Source of the DNA: an uncultured Oscillospiraceae bacterium
Lineage (GTDB): Bacteria > Bacillota > Clostridia > Oscillospirales > Ruminococcaceae
DNA length: 64,000 nucleotides
Assembly: GCA_910587465.1 (NCBI GenBank)
Contig: CAJUMS010000006.1
Location: forward strand, 1,822 to 65,821
Reading direction: 5' to 3'
The translations under genes were made by a program, and so were the position numbers. Shown piece by piece: positions 19,631 to 31,651 of this stretch. Each line of letters begins with the position of its first letter. Position 1 is the stretch's first letter. The notes under the pieces were generated by a model that had not been told where the DNA came from, did no database searches, and was given only the letters and a program-made list of their open reading frames with translations.

Positions 19631-20114
19631 TTAGTAAAAGCTTGCAGTAAATTGCACTCACCCGAATGCTAAACTTTACCCAACACCAAGGAAAACGTAA
19701 AAGGCAACCGCAAAGGATATCGATGTAAAGTCGGCAGCCCTGCCGCAATTCGGAAGTGAGAGTAAACTCGGACAGAACCCCCTTGAAATACAGTGTATTG
19801 CACGGTTTTTGTCAAGGCAAGCGTCAACGGGTCTCACCAATTACGGCGTATGCTAGCGATCTTCGTAACGGGATGCCTGCCCCTGCGAAGGAGAAAGGCC
19901 TTTTCGGATAGCGTTTTAAGCGGTTTTTTGCGCTGTGATGAAACGTTTCAAAACAAAAATACGCGGAACGGACGTGGGAAAAGCTCATTGAAAATTGAAT
20001 ATGTCAAAAAATACCTTAAAAATTTGTGAACATTTTTATTAAATCTGCTTGACAAATTATTAAAACTATGCTACAATTATTAACAGAGAGGACAAAATTG
20101 CGGGAGGTGAACAC

Positions 20115-20768
20115 ATGAACAAGAGCATATACAGCCTTGTGCTGTCCGACGACGTTGTAGACGCTGTCGACGCTCTGGCGCGCACCGAGGGAATGTCGCG
20201 TTCGGCGATGATAAACCGAATACTCGCGGAGCGGGTAGCGTATACGACCCCCGAAATGCGGCTGCGCGATATACTTCAAAGCTTAGCACGGTCTATGAAC
20301 GGCGAGTTTATGCTCGCCGAGCCGCCGACGGGCAGCACGCTTTCCGCGCGCACCTCGCTGAAATACCGCTATAAGCCGACCGTAAAATATTCGGTCGAGA
20401 TCTATTCCGAAAACGGCAAGCGCGCGGGCGAGCTCCGCGTATCATTCCGGACGCAGAATGCGCAGCTTATTGCCGATCTTATGGGATTTTTCCGCTGCTG
20501 GGCGGCATTGGAGCAGAAGTATATCGCGGACAAATTATCCAATGATATCGTATATACGATATCGGACGGACGCTTCGAGCGAACCCTGAATATGCCGCGC
20601 GACCATATCACCGACGACGAGCTGGGCACGGCGGTCGCGGAGTATATGGCAATGTTCGACGGGGCAATGAAAGCATATTTCGCCGAGCTCCCCGATACCG
20701 AAATCGCAGAGCTCACTGTCGAAAAATATTACCGCGCACAGATATCAAAACAAAGCGTTATTGTTTAG
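20115..20768 (+). CDS. Hypothetical protein with an N-terminal ribbon-helix-helix-like domain
   Basis: KSIYSLVL.DDVV.AVD.LA...GMSRS.MINRIL; TTGACA-17-TACAAT promoter upstream. Confidence 0.7.
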   Translation: MNKSIYSLVLSDDVVDAVDALARTEGMSRSAMINRILAERVAYTTPEMRLRDILQSLARSMNGEFMLAEPPTGSTLSARTSLKYRYKPTVKYSVEIYSENGKRAGELRVSFRTQNAQLIADLMGFFRCWAALEQKYIADKLSNDIVYTISDGRFERTLNMPRDHITDDELGTAVAEYMAMFDGAMKAYFAELPDTEIAELTVEKYYRAQISKQSVIV

Positions 20769-20782
20769 GACGGAATTAAGAG

Positions 20783-21367
20783 GTGATGGTTATGAATGAT
20801 TCGGTAATTGATAGGGCTGTTTGTTTTATTCGGGAGTTGTTTAAAAATAATTGCGACGGCCACGACGCGGAACACTCGATAAGAGTATACCGCAACGCTC
20901 TGCTGATAACTCAAGACGAACCTAAATGTAACAGGTATATCATCGCTTTAGCTGCGCTGCTTCACGACGCTGACGGCAGCAAATTGTTCAATACGGAGAA
21001 TAACGCCAACGCACGATTGTTTTTAAAACAAAATGGAGTAAATCAGGATGAAGCCGAGCAGATATGCCGGATAATAAACTCAGTATCGTTCAGCAAAAAC
21101 AGAGGTAAGATACCGCCTTCGATCGAAGCGAAAATAGTCCAGGACGCGGACAGATTAGACGCTATCGGTGCGGTCGGCATTGCGCGAACATTCGCATTTG
21201 GTGGGCGGAGCGGAAGAGCATTGGAATTATCTATACAACATTTTCACGACAAGCTCCTGCTTTTAAAAAATGAGATGAATACTGCGGCGGCTAGGAAAAT
21301 CGCCGAGTCACGTCATTCTTTTATGGAAGAATTTCTTGCCGAATTTGACAGGGAAACAGGTGTTTGA
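20783..21367 (+). CDS. HD-domain phosphohydrolase
   Basis: GHD.EH..RV, ALLHD, VQDADRLDAIGA.GIARTF. Confidence 0.9.
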   Translation: MMVMNDSVIDRAVCFIRELFKNNCDGHDAEHSIRVYRNALLITQDEPKCNRYIIALAALLHDADGSKLFNTENNANARLFLKQNGVNQDEAEQICRIINSVSFSKNRGKIPPSIEAKIVQDADRLDAIGAVGIARTFAFGGRSGRALELSIQHFHDKLLLLKNEMNTAAARKIAESRHSFMEEFLAEFDRETGV

Positions 21368-21397
21368 TATATCAGTTCAATAAAAGGAGGCAATTTT

Positions 21398-23986
21398 ATG
21401 AATGCTAACAAATTAACTCAGAAATCACTTGAAGCCATACAGTCCGCGCAGGACTTGTCGGTTTCGTATCAGAACAACTGCGTTGAGCAGATGCATTTAT
21501 TGTATGCTCTCCTCGCGGAGGAGGGCGGGCTTATCCCGCAGATATTCACGAAAATGGGTATCGACGCGAACGGGATAAAGACGGCGGCGCTGAAGTTTGT
21601 CGAGGGTATGCCGCGCGTTACGGGCGGTGGTCGTGGCGATATTTACCCTTCGCGTGAGCTCAGCGAGGTTCTTGTCGAGGCGGAAAAGCAGGCGCAGCGA
21701 ATGAAGGACGAATACGTTTCTGTGGAGCATTTGCTGCTGGCGCTTATCGAAGTGCCCGACAGCGACGTCAAGGGGATATTCAAGAGCTTTAACGTCGATA
21801 AAAACGCGTTGCTGAAAGCCTTACAGGATATACGCGGAAATCAGCGCGTCACCTCTCAGAATCCCGAAGAAACCTACGACGTACTCAAAAAATATGGTCA
21901 AGACTTGGTGGAGTTGGCGCGGCAGAACAAGCTCGACCCCGTTATCGGGCGTGACTCCGAGATACGCAACGTTATTCGCATACTTTCGCGAAAGACGAAA
22001 AACAACCCCTGCCTTATCGGCGAGCCGGGCGTCGGCAAGACCGCTATCGCTGAGGGTCTGGCGCTGCGAATAGTGCGCGGTGATGTTCCCGCTAACCTTA
22101 AAGACCGCAAGCTGTTTTCGCTGGATATGGGCGCGCTTATCGCGGGCGCTAAGTATCAGGGCGAATTCGAGGAGCGTTTGAAAGCCGTGCTGAACGAGGT
22201 AAAGAAGTCGGACGGGCGGATAATCCTGTTTATCGACGAGTTGCATCTGATAGTCGGCGCGGGCAAGACCTCGGGCGCTATGGACGCGGGCAACCTTTTA
22301 AAGCCCATGCTGGCGCGCGGCGAGCTGCACTGTATCGGCGCGACAACTCTCGACGAGTACTCGAAGTATATCGAGAAAGACCCCGCGCTGGAAAGACGTT
22401 TTCAGACTGTGCTTGTCGACGAGCCTACCGTCGAGGACACGATCTCGATACTGCGCGGACTTAAAGAGCGGTACGAGGTATTCCACGGCGTAAAGATTCA
22501 CGATAACGCGATAATCGCAGCGGCTACGCTGTCGAACCGCTATATCACAGATCGTTTCCTTCCCGACAAGGCGATAGACCTTGTTGACGAGGCGTGCGCT
22601 ATGATACGCACCGAAATGGACAGTATGCCGCAGGAGCTTGACGAGATATCGCGCGGGATAATGCAGCTCGAAATTGAAGAAGCCGCTCTGAAAAAGGAGA
22701 CCGACAAGCTATCGCAGGAGCATTTGGCGGATATCCAGAAGGAGCTCGCGGAGAAACGCGATAGCTTCAACGCTATGAAAGCGAAGTGGGAGAACGAGAA
22801 GAACGCTATCTCCAAGGTTCAAGACCTGCGTAAGGAGATAGAGCAGACAAACGCGGACATCGAAAAGGCAAAGCGCGAGAACGATCTTAACAAGGCTGCC
22901 GAGCTGATGTACGGAAAACTGCCGAAGTTACAGGGTGATTTGCAGCATGAGGAGGAGTTGGCGGAGGAGGCAAAGGCAAGCTCGCTGCTCCGCAATAAAG
23001 TTACGGACGAGGAGATAGCGCGTATCGTCGGTCGCTGGACGGGGATACCCGTGGAGAAATTGGTTGAGGGCGAGCGCGAAAAGATACTTCATCTTGCCGA
23101 TACCCTGCATAAGCGCGTTATGGGTCAGGAGGAGGCGGTGTCCCGCGTGACCGAAAGCATTATGCGTTCGCGCGCGGGTATCAACGACCCGAGAAAGCCG
23201 CTTGGCTCTTTCCTGTTTCTTGGTCCTACGGGCGTGGGCAAGACCGAGCTTGCAAAGGCGCTCGCGGAGTCGCTGTTTGACGACGAGCACAACATTATCC
23301 GTCTGGATATGAGCGAATATATGGAGAAGCACACCGTTAGCCGCTTAATAGGCGCACCTCCCGGATATGTCGGCTATGAGGAGGGCGGTCAGCTTACAGA
23401 CGCGGTTCGCCGCAAGCCGTACTCCGTTGTGCTGTTCGACGAGGTGGAAAAGGCTCACCCCGACGTGTTCAATGTGCTGCTGCAAATTCTTGACGACGGC
23501 AGAGTTACCGATAGTCAGGGGCGCACTATCGATTTCAAGAACACGATAATTATTTTGACCTCTAACCTTGGCTCGCAGTTTATTCTTGACGGTATTGATG
23601 AGGACGGGCAGATAACCGGGGAGGCTCGGAGCAGCGTCGACAGGCTGCTGAAACAGTCGTTCCGTCCCGAGTTTCTTAACCGTCTGGACGAGATCGTATT
23701 TTACAAGCCGCTTACCAAAACGGAGATATTCGGTATTATCAATTTGCAGGCTGTCGACCTCGCAAAGCGGCTCAAAGATAAGCAGCTTTCGCTTGAAATT
23801 TCCGATGAGGCTAAACAACTTATAGTTGACGAGAGCTATGACCCAAGCTTCGGCGCGCGTCCGCTCAAGCGTTATATGCAGCGCAATCTAGAAACGCTTA
23901 TCGCGCGGGAGATACTTGCCGATAAGCTCAAACAGGGAGATACCATTCACATTACGGTCAAGAACGGCGGGCTTGCCGTCGGATAA
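21398..23986 (+). CDS. clpB: ATP-dependent chaperone ClpB
   Basis: Two AAA+ modules ([16 protein letters not shown]), coiled-coil M domain, GAPPGYVGY; 862 aa. Confidence 0.97.
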   Translation: MNANKLTQKSLEAIQSAQDLSVSYQNNCVEQMHLLYALLAEEGGLIPQIFTKMGIDANGIKTAALKFVEGMPRVTGGGRGDIYPSRELSEVLVEAEKQAQRMKDEYVSVEHLLLALIEVPDSDVKGIFKSFNVDKNALLKALQDIRGNQRVTSQNPEETYDVLKKYGQDLVELARQNKLDPVIGRDSEIRNVIRILSRKTKNNPCLIGEPGVGKTAIAEGLALRIVRGDVPANLKDRKLFSLDMGALIAGAKYQGEFEERLKAVLNEVKKSDGRIILFIDELHLIVGAGKTSGAMDAGNLLKPMLARGELHCIGATTLDEYSKYIEKDPALERRFQTVLVDEPTVEDTISILRGLKERYEVFHGVKIHDNAIIAAATLSNRYITDRFLPDKAIDLVDEACAMIRTEMDSMPQELDEISRGIMQLEIEEAALKKETDKLSQEHLADIQKELAEKRDSFNAMKAKWENEKNAISKVQDLRKEIEQTNADIEKAKRENDLNKAAELMYGKLPKLQGDLQHEEELAEEAKASSLLRNKVTDEEIARIVGRWTGIPVEKLVEGEREKILHLADTLHKRVMGQEEAVSRVTESIMRSRAGINDPRKPLGSFLFLGPTGVGKTELAKALAESLFDDEHNIIRLDMSEYMEKHTVSRLIGAPPGYVGYEEGGQLTDAVRRKPYSVVLFDEVEKAHPDVFNVLLQILDDGRVTDSQGRTIDFKNTIIILTSNLGSQFILDGIDEDGQITGEARSSVDRLLKQSFRPEFLNRLDEIVFYKPLTKTEIFGIINLQAVDLAKRLKDKQLSLEISDEAKQLIVDESYDPSFGARPLKRYMQRNLETLIAREILADKLKQGDTIHITVKNGGLAVG

Positions 23987-23996
23987 AAATTTCCGC

Positions 23997-24034
23997 AAAA
24001 AATTCCCCGAAAGATTTCTTTCGGGGAATTTTTT
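23997..24034. terminator. Bidirectional terminator
   Basis: AAAAAATTCCCCGAAAGA-TT-TCTTTCGGGGAATTTTTT perfect inverted repeat. Confidence 0.85.
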
Positions 24035-24046
24035 GCGATGATTTTG

Positions 24047-26044
24047 TTAGTCCGCGCTTTCTCTGCATTGGAAGTTGGACATAAGCGACTTGAGGTTTTC
24101 CGCTTGAACGGAGAGTGCGCGGCTCGTTTCCGCGCTTTTGGCGGAGGTGTCGGTGTTGGACTGTACGACGCGGTTAATCTGCGCGATACTTTCGGATATC
24201 TCGCGCATATTCTCCTTCTCTTGCTGAACGGCTGCGTTGACAGTTTTCATATCTTCAACGGCATGGAGAACTACTTCTGTGGACTCGTTGAGCTGATTGG
24301 ATACCATATTTACAACGTCCGAGCCGCGGTTAACCGATTCGAGCGAACTTTCGATAAGCTGTTTGGTCGCCTTTGCCGCTTTGTCGGACTTGTTCGCGAG
24401 ATTGCGCACCTCGTCCGCTACTACCGCAAAGCCCTTGCCCGCGGGTCCCGCTGCCGCTGCCTCGATCTCGGCGTTCAGTGCGAGAATGTTCGTCTGGTAT
24501 GCAATGTCCTCGATGGTTGCGATTATCTTTTCGATTTGCAACGCTGAGTTGGTGATCTCGGCCATCGCGTCCGAAGCGTTTAACATTTTTTCGTTGCAGT
24601 ATTTGACCTGTTCGCCCGCCTTGACCGCGTTCTCTTCGGCGTTTTTGGTGGTCTTGGAGTTTTCGGCTGAAGCTTCGGAAAGTTTCGCGAGCATGTCCAT
24701 AAGCGACCGGATTACCTCGGACTGTTCAGCTGCGCCGTTCGCAAGGCTCTGCGCGTCCGCGGAGACCTGATTGGCTTCCTTCGCTACAAGGTTGGATGAT
24801 TTGTTGATCTCGCTGAATGTGTGGTTCAAAGACTTCTGTATTTTTTTGAGCGATTTCTCGATAGAGCTGAAATCGCCGTCATATTCGATTTGCGGCATGG
24901 CAAGCATATTTCCGCGGGACATCTCGTGAAGTACTTCACCGAGGTCTCGAATATAGGATTTCAGCGATACGAGCGTTCCGCCGAATTCGTAAGCCAGCAC
25001 GCCGATCTCGTCCGTGCGGTTGATGTTGTCGATAGGTGTGTACAGGTCTCCGCGCGCCATGAGGGTCATACGCTTGGACATCTTCATGATGGGTTTGGAC
25101 ATCTTGTTGGCATACGCGGATATCGCGACGATACCGCCCGCGAGAAATACAAGAGAGCACACGATAAGCGCAATGATTATCATGACCATTGCCGACAGCA
25201 TTTCGCTTTCGGGCGCGGTAACACCGTATGCCCATCCGTTCGAGCCGTTGACCGTTCCGTAGGCGCAGATGTTTTTCACGCCGTTATAGCTGAACTTGGA
25301 AACGCCCGTTTCGCCTCCCGTCATCTTTTGAAACATCTCGGCGGTGGAGCGGTAAGCGCTTTCCGCATTAGCCATTTCTATGTAGTTGGTCTGTGCCGAT
25401 ACTATCTCGGAATCTGCATTCGCGATCATCTTTCCGTTATTGTCGATAAGGAAAATATTGCCTGTCGTTCCGACCTTTTTATCGGAGATAAGGTCGCTGA
25501 AATACGAGCCGTCTATCGTCAGGAGAAATGCGCCCGATTTGCACGGCACGGCAAGCACGAACCGCAGATTTCCACCGAGATCTATCGTTGAGGAAATCTC
25601 GGCGTACGTATCTTCGCTTTCATTTGCAAGAACTTTTTGAACGCAGTCCAGCTGCGGTATGCGCTCGTCGAAAAAGAGATCGTATGTGGTACGGGTCTCG
25701 CCGGTTTTTGTAACTACTCCGCACTCGAGGAAAATGCTTCCCTCCAGCATTCTATCCGCGTATTTCAGTCCGTTGTTTACGCCGAGCGCGACGGTCCTGT
25801 CAAACTCCGCGGCAGGTTTGAGCGCTTCGGCGCGCGCCTGCGCGAGCGCTACGGAAAACGTATGGTCGGAGAACTGCTGAATAGTTACGAGATCGGCGTT
25901 TACGGTATTTTCAATTCCTATATAGCCCGAAATAATGCCCGCCGTTACTGTTCCTATTATCAACAGTGTAAACACAAGGCTCACTATCAATATCATTTGC
26001 GTCCTTATCGAGGTTTTCTGATTGTTTGCTTTATTCTTGGTCAT
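24047..26044 (-). CDS. Methyl-accepting chemotaxis protein (Cache-like sensor, HAMP, signalling domain)
   Basis: [33 protein letters not shown]; two TMs; ATG at 26044. Confidence 0.95.
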   Translation of the reverse strand: MTKNKANNQKTSIRTQMILIVSLVFTLLIIGTVTAGIISGYIGIENTVNADLVTIQQFSDHTFSVALAQARAEALKPAAEFDRTVALGVNNGLKYADRMLEGSIFLECGVVTKTGETRTTYDLFFDERIPQLDCVQKVLANESEDTYAEISSTIDLGGNLRFVLAVPCKSGAFLLTIDGSYFSDLISDKKVGTTGNIFLIDNNGKMIANADSEIVSAQTNYIEMANAESAYRSTAEMFQKMTGGETGVSKFSYNGVKNICAYGTVNGSNGWAYGVTAPESEMLSAMVMIIIALIVCSLVFLAGGIVAISAYANKMSKPIMKMSKRMTLMARGDLYTPIDNINRTDEIGVLAYEFGGTLVSLKSYIRDLGEVLHEMSRGNMLAMPQIEYDGDFSSIEKSLKKIQKSLNHTFSEINKSSNLVAKEANQVSADAQSLANGAAEQSEVIRSLMDMLAKLSEASAENSKTTKNAEENAVKAGEQVKYCNEKMLNASDAMAEITNSALQIEKIIATIEDIAYQTNILALNAEIEAAAAGPAGKGFAVVADEVRNLANKSDKAAKATKQLIESSLESVNRGSDVVNMVSNQLNESTEVVLHAVEDMKTVNAAVQQEKENMREISESIAQINRVVQSNTDTSAKSAETSRALSVQAENLKSLMSNFQCRESAD

Positions 26045-26401
26045 ATCGAAAACTCCTTTATAAAGAGATTTGTTACTATAAAAATTATAACATTTCCAGC
26101 AAAGAATTTCAATCACTAACAGAACTTTTTGTTAAATTTGCACAAGCTTTTTGATTTAATATGACAAAATTGTCTACAAGCGCGACGCGTAAAGCGGCTT
26201 TGTGGGTTATCGTAATTATTATTTAGCTTAATGACCTTCAAACATTGACGAGAGTTAAGTTATTAAGTTGCTAACATAAATTCTGATTTAGTATAGTCAA
26301 GAGAAATGTGAAAATTGTGTGAAATATTGCAAACCCCGATTGTTGAAATCGTCTCTGTATGATATAATATACAAAATAAACCGAAATAAAAAGGAGCTAT
26401 T

Positions 26402-27502
26402 ATGAAAAAACTTTTATCTGTATTTTTAACGCTTGTGATAGTGATAAGCTGCACGGGCTGCAGTGCCGCTCTGAAAGGAAACACTGTCAACACAAAATCG
26501 GCGCAGGAGTTTGTGGACATGATGGGAATGGGCTGGAACCTCGGCAACACTCTTGATCCGATAAACGGAAACGGCGACGATTTGAAATACGAGACCTCGT
26601 GGGGCAATCAGCTAACGCAGCGCGAGCTGATTACGTATATAAAGTCGCAGGGCTTTGATACGATACGCATTCCCGTTTCGTGGGGCGAGCACACGGACGC
26701 CGCTCCCGATTACATAATACGCGAGCCGTGGTTCGCGAGAGTGCAGGAGATTGTCGACTGGTGTGTTGAGGAGGATATGTTCGTCATCATCAATCTTCAC
26801 CATGACGGCGAATGGATACGCAAAGCCTCCGTGGACTACGACGGCACTATGGAGAAGTACAAGGCGATATGGTCGCAGATCGCCGACCGTTTTGGCGACT
26901 ATTCAAACAAGCTGATATTCGAGTCGATGAATGAGATCGGGTTTGACGATCTCGGCACGGAAAAGGGCTGTGAGCTTATCAACAAAATGAACGCCGAGTT
27001 CACCGAGCTTATACGCAAATCAGGGAAGAACAACAAAAACCGTTATCTTTTACTGGCGGGTTACTGGACGGATATCGACCGCTCCTGCGAGGGTATAGTA
27101 ATGCCCGACGACGACAAGACCATTCTTTCGGTGCATTATTACTCGCCGTCCGATTTCGCTATTGCGGAGCGCGGAACGGAGTGGGGCTACCGTGAAACAT
27201 GGGGCACGGACGACGATATGCAGTACCTCGACGGTCAGATGAAGAAGCTCAAGGAGAGCTTTATTGACAAGGGCGTGCCCGTTATTATGGGAGAGTACGG
27301 CTGCCTTAAAAAGGACAAGGAGCTTGAAAGCCGAGTGAAATACATTTCGAGCGTTACCGAGTACTGCCTTAAATACCACATCTGCCCCGTGTTCTGGGAT
27401 AACGGCGAGGAGATAGACCGCGCGGCGCTGTCGTGGCGCACGGAGGGCCTTGAGGAAGCGGTCAAGGCGGCTAAGCAAAACGGTCTAGCGGGAAGATCAT
27501 AA
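26402..27502 (+). CDS. GH5 endoglucanase-like lipoprotein
   Basis: Lipobox-like CTGC; GWNLGNTLD, IRIPVSW, IINLHH, FESMNE, SVHYY, GEYG, WDNG. Confidence 0.92.
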   Translation: MKKLLSVFLTLVIVISCTGCSAALKGNTVNTKSAQEFVDMMGMGWNLGNTLDPINGNGDDLKYETSWGNQLTQRELITYIKSQGFDTIRIPVSWGEHTDAAPDYIIREPWFARVQEIVDWCVEEDMFVIINLHHDGEWIRKASVDYDGTMEKYKAIWSQIADRFGDYSNKLIFESMNEIGFDDLGTEKGCELINKMNAEFTELIRKSGKNNKNRYLLLAGYWTDIDRSCEGIVMPDDDKTILSVHYYSPSDFAIAERGTEWGYRETWGTDDDMQYLDGQMKKLKESFIDKGVPVIMGEYGCLKKDKELESRVKYISSVTEYCLKYHICPVFWDNGEEIDRAALSWRTEGLEEAVKAAKQNGLAGRS

Positions 27503-27686
27503 ATGACCAACGGAATAACAAGTGTATTATCCCTTTTCAGAGTGGTGGAAAAGCTACTTGAAAAGGGTGTGCTGAAGCCGCTTGCGGATATTCAGCACAA
27601 ATACGCGTTTTCGGTTTTGTGTATAAGCTCGGAATAATATGCGGCAATGTTCCGAAGAAAGTAATTAATCACCGGAGGTATATACA

Positions 27687-28481
27687 ATGAAAAACCCTAA
27701 CGAGATCTGCGGAATATGGCATGGAAAAAACGCCTCGGCTGCAATAACCGAAGACTTTTCCATGTTCTTTTTAAGACTTGAGCCTGAGCTTATAGCGGCG
27801 GTGCTCAGGCATTCCGACTACGGAACGGTGGGTACCGTTTACGGCATGGGCAAGGACTGGAATGCTAACTCGATATACCGCATTATCAATCCCGACAGCG
27901 GAAAAATTTTCTGTAATGACGAAAACGATGAAAGGCTCAAGCTGCATAAAAGCGATAAAGCCGAGCTTGACAGCAAAAGTGGTAATTTGATTTATACGGC
28001 TTACAACGGCAGCCGTTTTGAGCTTACATTGTCGGAAAAGTTTGATCAAGACTTTTTTGTCAAGGATAAAAACAGCAATTCTCTTTCTCTGCCGGAAAAA
28101 ATGGCAAAATGGAATATACTGTCCTGCTTTTATTATGAAGACGGATTTTATAACGTACATATAGACGCAGTTAAAAATGCCGCTTATTTCGGGTTTGACG
28201 AAAAGGAGAAATTCCTTTATTGCCGGATAGGAAAGAACGCTTATTGCGAAAAGGGGTGGGCAATGCTTTCCACGACGTGTATCAGAATGAATGAAAGCAG
28301 AATGTTGGAGGACAACCTGCTTGCTTTGGAGGATTATAAGCTTAACGAGGACTTTTTTGTCGAAGACGGCTGTTCTTTTCCCGATGACGGCGGCTGGTAT
28401 TGGTCTGTCAAAGAGGTGACAAACGACGTTATTTATTTAAACGGCTGCGGCGGCGCTACATACGAGATACAAAAAAATTAA
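27687..28481 (+). CDS. Hypothetical protein
   Basis: 264-aa ORF with GGAGG SD; more AT-rich than its neighbours. Confidence 0.7.
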   Translation: MKNPNEICGIWHGKNASAAITEDFSMFFLRLEPELIAAVLRHSDYGTVGTVYGMGKDWNANSIYRIINPDSGKIFCNDENDERLKLHKSDKAELDSKSGNLIYTAYNGSRFELTLSEKFDQDFFVKDKNSNSLSLPEKMAKWNILSCFYYEDGFYNVHIDAVKNAAYFGFDEKEKFLYCRIGKNAYCEKGWAMLSTTCIRMNESRMLEDNLLALEDYKLNEDFFVEDGCSFPDDGGWYWSVKEVTNDVIYLNGCGGATYEIQKN

Positions 28482-28926
28482 GCAGACTGTATATAGTGTT
28501 GATCTAAGCGAAATTATTTTAATTTGAATTTTTCGCACCAGTTCACCCGCCTTTGTCGGCTTGCGAAAAATTTCTGTGACGGCATGCGCTGCAATAACTT
28601 TTTCTACAAACTGAAACGGGATAACAAACGTTATCCCGTTTTGTTTTATGCTTGCGGTAGATCTTTATTATATCGTTCAGACGTATGCGGGCGGTCAGGA
28701 GTGATTGGACGAAACAAATACCGGTTCAAAAAAGTCGCGGACTGTCCCGCGTTTTTTGACGATTACTATTTCGCGCACAACGCCCTTATAAAAGAAATGC
28801 AGAAAGGTCGGTATGACGAACACCAGTATATCCGCGGTGAGAAATACCCATGCTATCCAGTTGACCTCAAAGGTGATAGAGCCAAATCCGTTACAATCCG
28901 TTACAGGTTATGAGGGCTCCTTTCGG

Positions 28927-29514
28927 TCATCTCATCATCTCGAACTTTTTCTTATAAAACCACGTGCCGAAGCCAAGTCCCGAAACGCCGCCGCAGATAT
29001 GTCCGAAGTGGGATACATTATCCTCGACGGCGATACCCGCGTATATCTCCTGTCCGAGGTAGATAGCCGCGATTATGATAAGCGTGAGCGGTATTTCGCC
29101 CTTTTTCATATTGGTAAACGCGCTTAATATAATCAGCATAAACACAATACCCGATGCGCCGAGTATTCCCGTGTTAAAGAACAGCATATTGAGGATACCG
29201 CCAGCGAGCGCCGTCACGCCCATCATTATGCATAAGTTCCAGCTGCCGTAGCGCTCCTCGACAATAGGTCCTACGAGCAGGAGCATGGTCATGTTGCCCG
29301 CGAAGTGCGAAAAGCTCGCGTGACCGAAAACGTAGCTGAACACGCGCAGATACGTAAGCGGGTCAAGCAGGCTTGCGTGACCGTAGCAGACGAACAGCAG
29401 GCGGTTTGTGAAGCCTTTGGTTATCCAGTCAAGTATCAGGGTCGCGAGGCATATTGCCGCGAACGTCAGTATTACGGGGGAATTGTAGCTTAGCTTTAAT
29501 TTTTTATTGCTCAT
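28927..29514 (-). CDS. Rhomboid-family intramembrane serine protease
   Basis: H...HF.GNM, GASG, SH.GH..G. Confidence 0.92.
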   Translation of the reverse strand: MSNKKLKLSYNSPVILTFAAICLATLILDWITKGFTNRLLFVCYGHASLLDPLTYLRVFSYVFGHASFSHFAGNMTMLLLVGPIVEERYGSWNLCIMMGVTALAGGILNMLFFNTGILGASGIVFMLIILSAFTNMKKGEIPLTLIIIAAIYLGQEIYAGIAVEDNVSHFGHICGGVSGLGFGTWFYKKKFEMMR

Positions 29515-29579
29515 AATTTATCCTTTCACAAGAACTTTTTCACGGTTTTCCCCGCTAAGGGAGGGTAAAGTCTAAATTT

Positions 29580-30062
29580 TCAAATGGGTCTTTTCATAAA
29601 AATGCAATGGAACGTGAGGTATGCGTCACAATCTCCCGATTTGGTGAAGCCGTAGCTTTCGTACCAGCGCTTGACGCGTTCGTTCGCGTCGACTACTCCG
29701 ATAGTTATTTCTGTGAACCCAAGCTCCCGCGCTCTGTCGAACGAGTGGAGCATAAGGCTCTCGCCTATCCTGCGGTGGCGGAATTCGGGGTCGGTGCAGA
29801 GATTTGACAGCTCGATCTCTCCGTCTGCGATACGCAGCGAGTAATACCCCGCGAGTTTGCCGTCAGCAAAGCAGGCGTACATCGGGCGCTGTTCGGCGTG
29901 CATATGGTATTCAAGGCGTTCCTCGGTCGTGGCATACGACGTGAATTTCGGGTCTTTTTCGGGGGTGAAGCTGAATTCGTCCGCGACGGTCTGAAAGCTC
30001 CGGCGTATGAGCCGAACGCACTCTGGGATATCCTTTTCGGTAACTTTTCTTATCTCCTGCAT
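29580..30062 (-). CDS. GNAT acetyltransferase
   Basis: L..DPEFRHRRIGE.L, WYESYGF. Confidence 0.85.
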   Translation of the reverse strand: MQEIRKVTEKDIPECVRLIRRSFQTVADEFSFTPEKDPKFTSYATTEERLEYHMHAEQRPMYACFADGKLAGYYSLRIADGEIELSNLCTDPEFRHRRIGESLMLHSFDRARELGFTEITIGVVDANERVKRWYESYGFTKSGDCDAYLTFHCIFMKRPI

Positions 30063-30077
30063 TTGCGTTCTCCGTTC

Positions 30078-30611
30078 TTATTTATTGTCTATCCAATACC
30101 GTCTTATCGTTTCATTTTTATCGTCGGGGTCGGCGACGATATTTTCAAGAACGCCGCCGCAGCTTTCTATCACTTTGGCGGATCCGATATTTGAGGAGTG
30201 GCAGCCGAGCAGTACCCTTTGAATTTTCATGCCCTTTGCCTCCGATAGCACCATTTTAAGCATATGAGTCGCGCAGCCCTTTCGCCGTTCGCTCGGTCTT
30301 ACGCCGTAGCCTATATGACCCCAAGTGTTATAGCCCGCCGCGGTCAGATAATGGCGAAGAGAAGCCGCTCCGATAAGTCTGCCGTTCTCGTCTGTTACAA
30401 AGTAAGACGTTGTCGATGAGTATTTCTTGTCAAGATTGCCGCGCTCACAGTTGTCGAGCATTTGGATAAATTCCGCGAAACTGTCCAAATTTTCAAACGT
30501 CTTATCGAGAAACCACGGCGCGATCTGCGTGCCACTTGCCTGCCATTCCATCATCATTTCGTTGTACCGATCGAAAAAATACAGGTCGGGCTTTGCTAAA
30601 TATAATTTCAT
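30078..30611 (-). CDS. GNAT acetyltransferase
   Basis: GHIGYGVRPSERRKG.AT, N.GS.KVIE.CGG. Confidence 0.9.
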   Translation of the reverse strand: MKLYLAKPDLYFFDRYNEMMMEWQASGTQIAPWFLDKTFENLDSFAEFIQMLDNCERGNLDKKYSSTTSYFVTDENGRLIGAASLRHYLTAAGYNTWGHIGYGVRPSERRKGCATHMLKMVLSEAKGMKIQRVLLGCHSSNIGSAKVIESCGGVLENIVADPDDKNETIRRYWIDNK

Positions 30612-30632
30612 AAGCGTTCCTTTCCCCGCGCT

Positions 30633-31103
30633 TCACTCGTCGGGAATCCCCGCGATAACATCTCCTACATCGGCTATCGAAAAGCCGCCTTTGTCCGTTT
30701 TAAAGCGCAGACCGTTGAGCGTATTTTCGTTCCCGATGACTTCAACTCGCAGAATTTCCGCGCACTTGAATTCGGATAACGGCGAATACTCGCGCCAATC
30801 TAAGTCTTCCCGCCAATCGGGTATTTCTGTATTTTCGGGAAACCAGCGCGGTTTTTCGGTCGAAAGTATCTTGTTCCACGTGAGCGCGAGATACTTTTCG
30901 GAGCGCACGTTTACGGCGAGCGATCCGTTCTCAAACCCAATGAGCATGGGCGCTTCTCCGAACCATTTGCCGTCCGTATTATCCCACACGCCGAAAATGT
31001 TCGTGACACGCTGTCCCGAGAGCGCGGAAAGCGTTTTTTCCCATCGTTCCGAAAACAAGGTCTTATCGCAGAAATCCTCAAACGGAAATTCGGTGAGTAT
31101 CAT
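30633..31103 (-). CDS. Hypothetical protein
   Basis: Overlaps the maf stop codon (ATGA); 156 aa. Confidence 0.65.
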   Translation of the reverse strand: MILTEFPFEDFCDKTLFSERWEKTLSALSGQRVTNIFGVWDNTDGKWFGEAPMLIGFENGSLAVNVRSEKYLALTWNKILSTEKPRWFPENTEIPDWREDLDWREYSPLSEFKCAEILRVEVIGNENTLNGLRFKTDKGGFSIADVGDVIAGIPDE

Positions 31104-31651
31104 ATCCTACCTCGCAAAACACGCGCAAGCCTGCCGACAGGCAAGCCCATTACGTTGTAAAAATCGCCGACTATGCCCTTGACGTTTGCCGCGCCCTTTT
31201 CCTGTATCCCGTAAGCGCCCGCCTTGTCCATGGGGTCGCCCGTGGCTATGTAGGCTGATATTTCCTCGGCGGTGAGGGGGTAGAATTCGACTTTTGTTTC
31301 CTCGGCGAAATTTTCGGCGCTGCCGTCCGCGAAGATAACGCATACTCCCGTGAATACGCTGTGGACGCGTCCCGAAAGAGTGCTCAGCATTTCGGCGGCT
31401 TCGGTTTCGCTGTGGGGCTTGCCGAGAATTTTCCTGTCTATCGTGACTACCGTGTCGGCGGCAATGATAATTTCATTTTTATACTGCGCCGCGATCTCCT
31501 CTGCCTTTTGACGGGAGAGCGCAAGGACTGCCTGTTCGGGAGAAGCGCCCTCGGGGATATGCTCCTCGCCTGCTGCGGGGATAACGCGGAATTCGGGTTC
31601 GATAAACGCCAACAGCTCGCGGCGGCGCGGCGACTGACTTGCTAAGATCAT
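31100..31651 (-). CDS. maf: Maf-family nucleoside triphosphate pyrophosphatase
   Basis: ILASQSPRRRELL, ADTVV, GKP, DKAGAYGIQ, NVMGLP. Confidence 0.95.
   Translation of the reverse strand: MILASQSPRRRELLAFIEPEFRVIPAAGEEHIPEGASPEQAVLALSRQKAEEIAAQYKNEIIIAADTVVTIDRKILGKPHSETEAAEMLSTLSGRVHSVFTGVCVIFADGSAENFAEETKVEFYPLTAEEISAYIATGDPMDKAGAYGIQEKGAANVKGIVGDFYNVMGLPVGRLARVLRGRI

Noticed and set aside
20040..21400. CIRCE/CtsR operator upstream of clpB
   Set aside because: No TTAGCACTC-N9-GAGTGCTAA or clear GTCAAA heptad repeats found by eye.
28524..28913. 129-aa ORF
   Set aside because: It spans a terminator-like hairpin (AAACGGGATAAC/GTTATCCCGTTT) and has no good start; at most a gene remnant.
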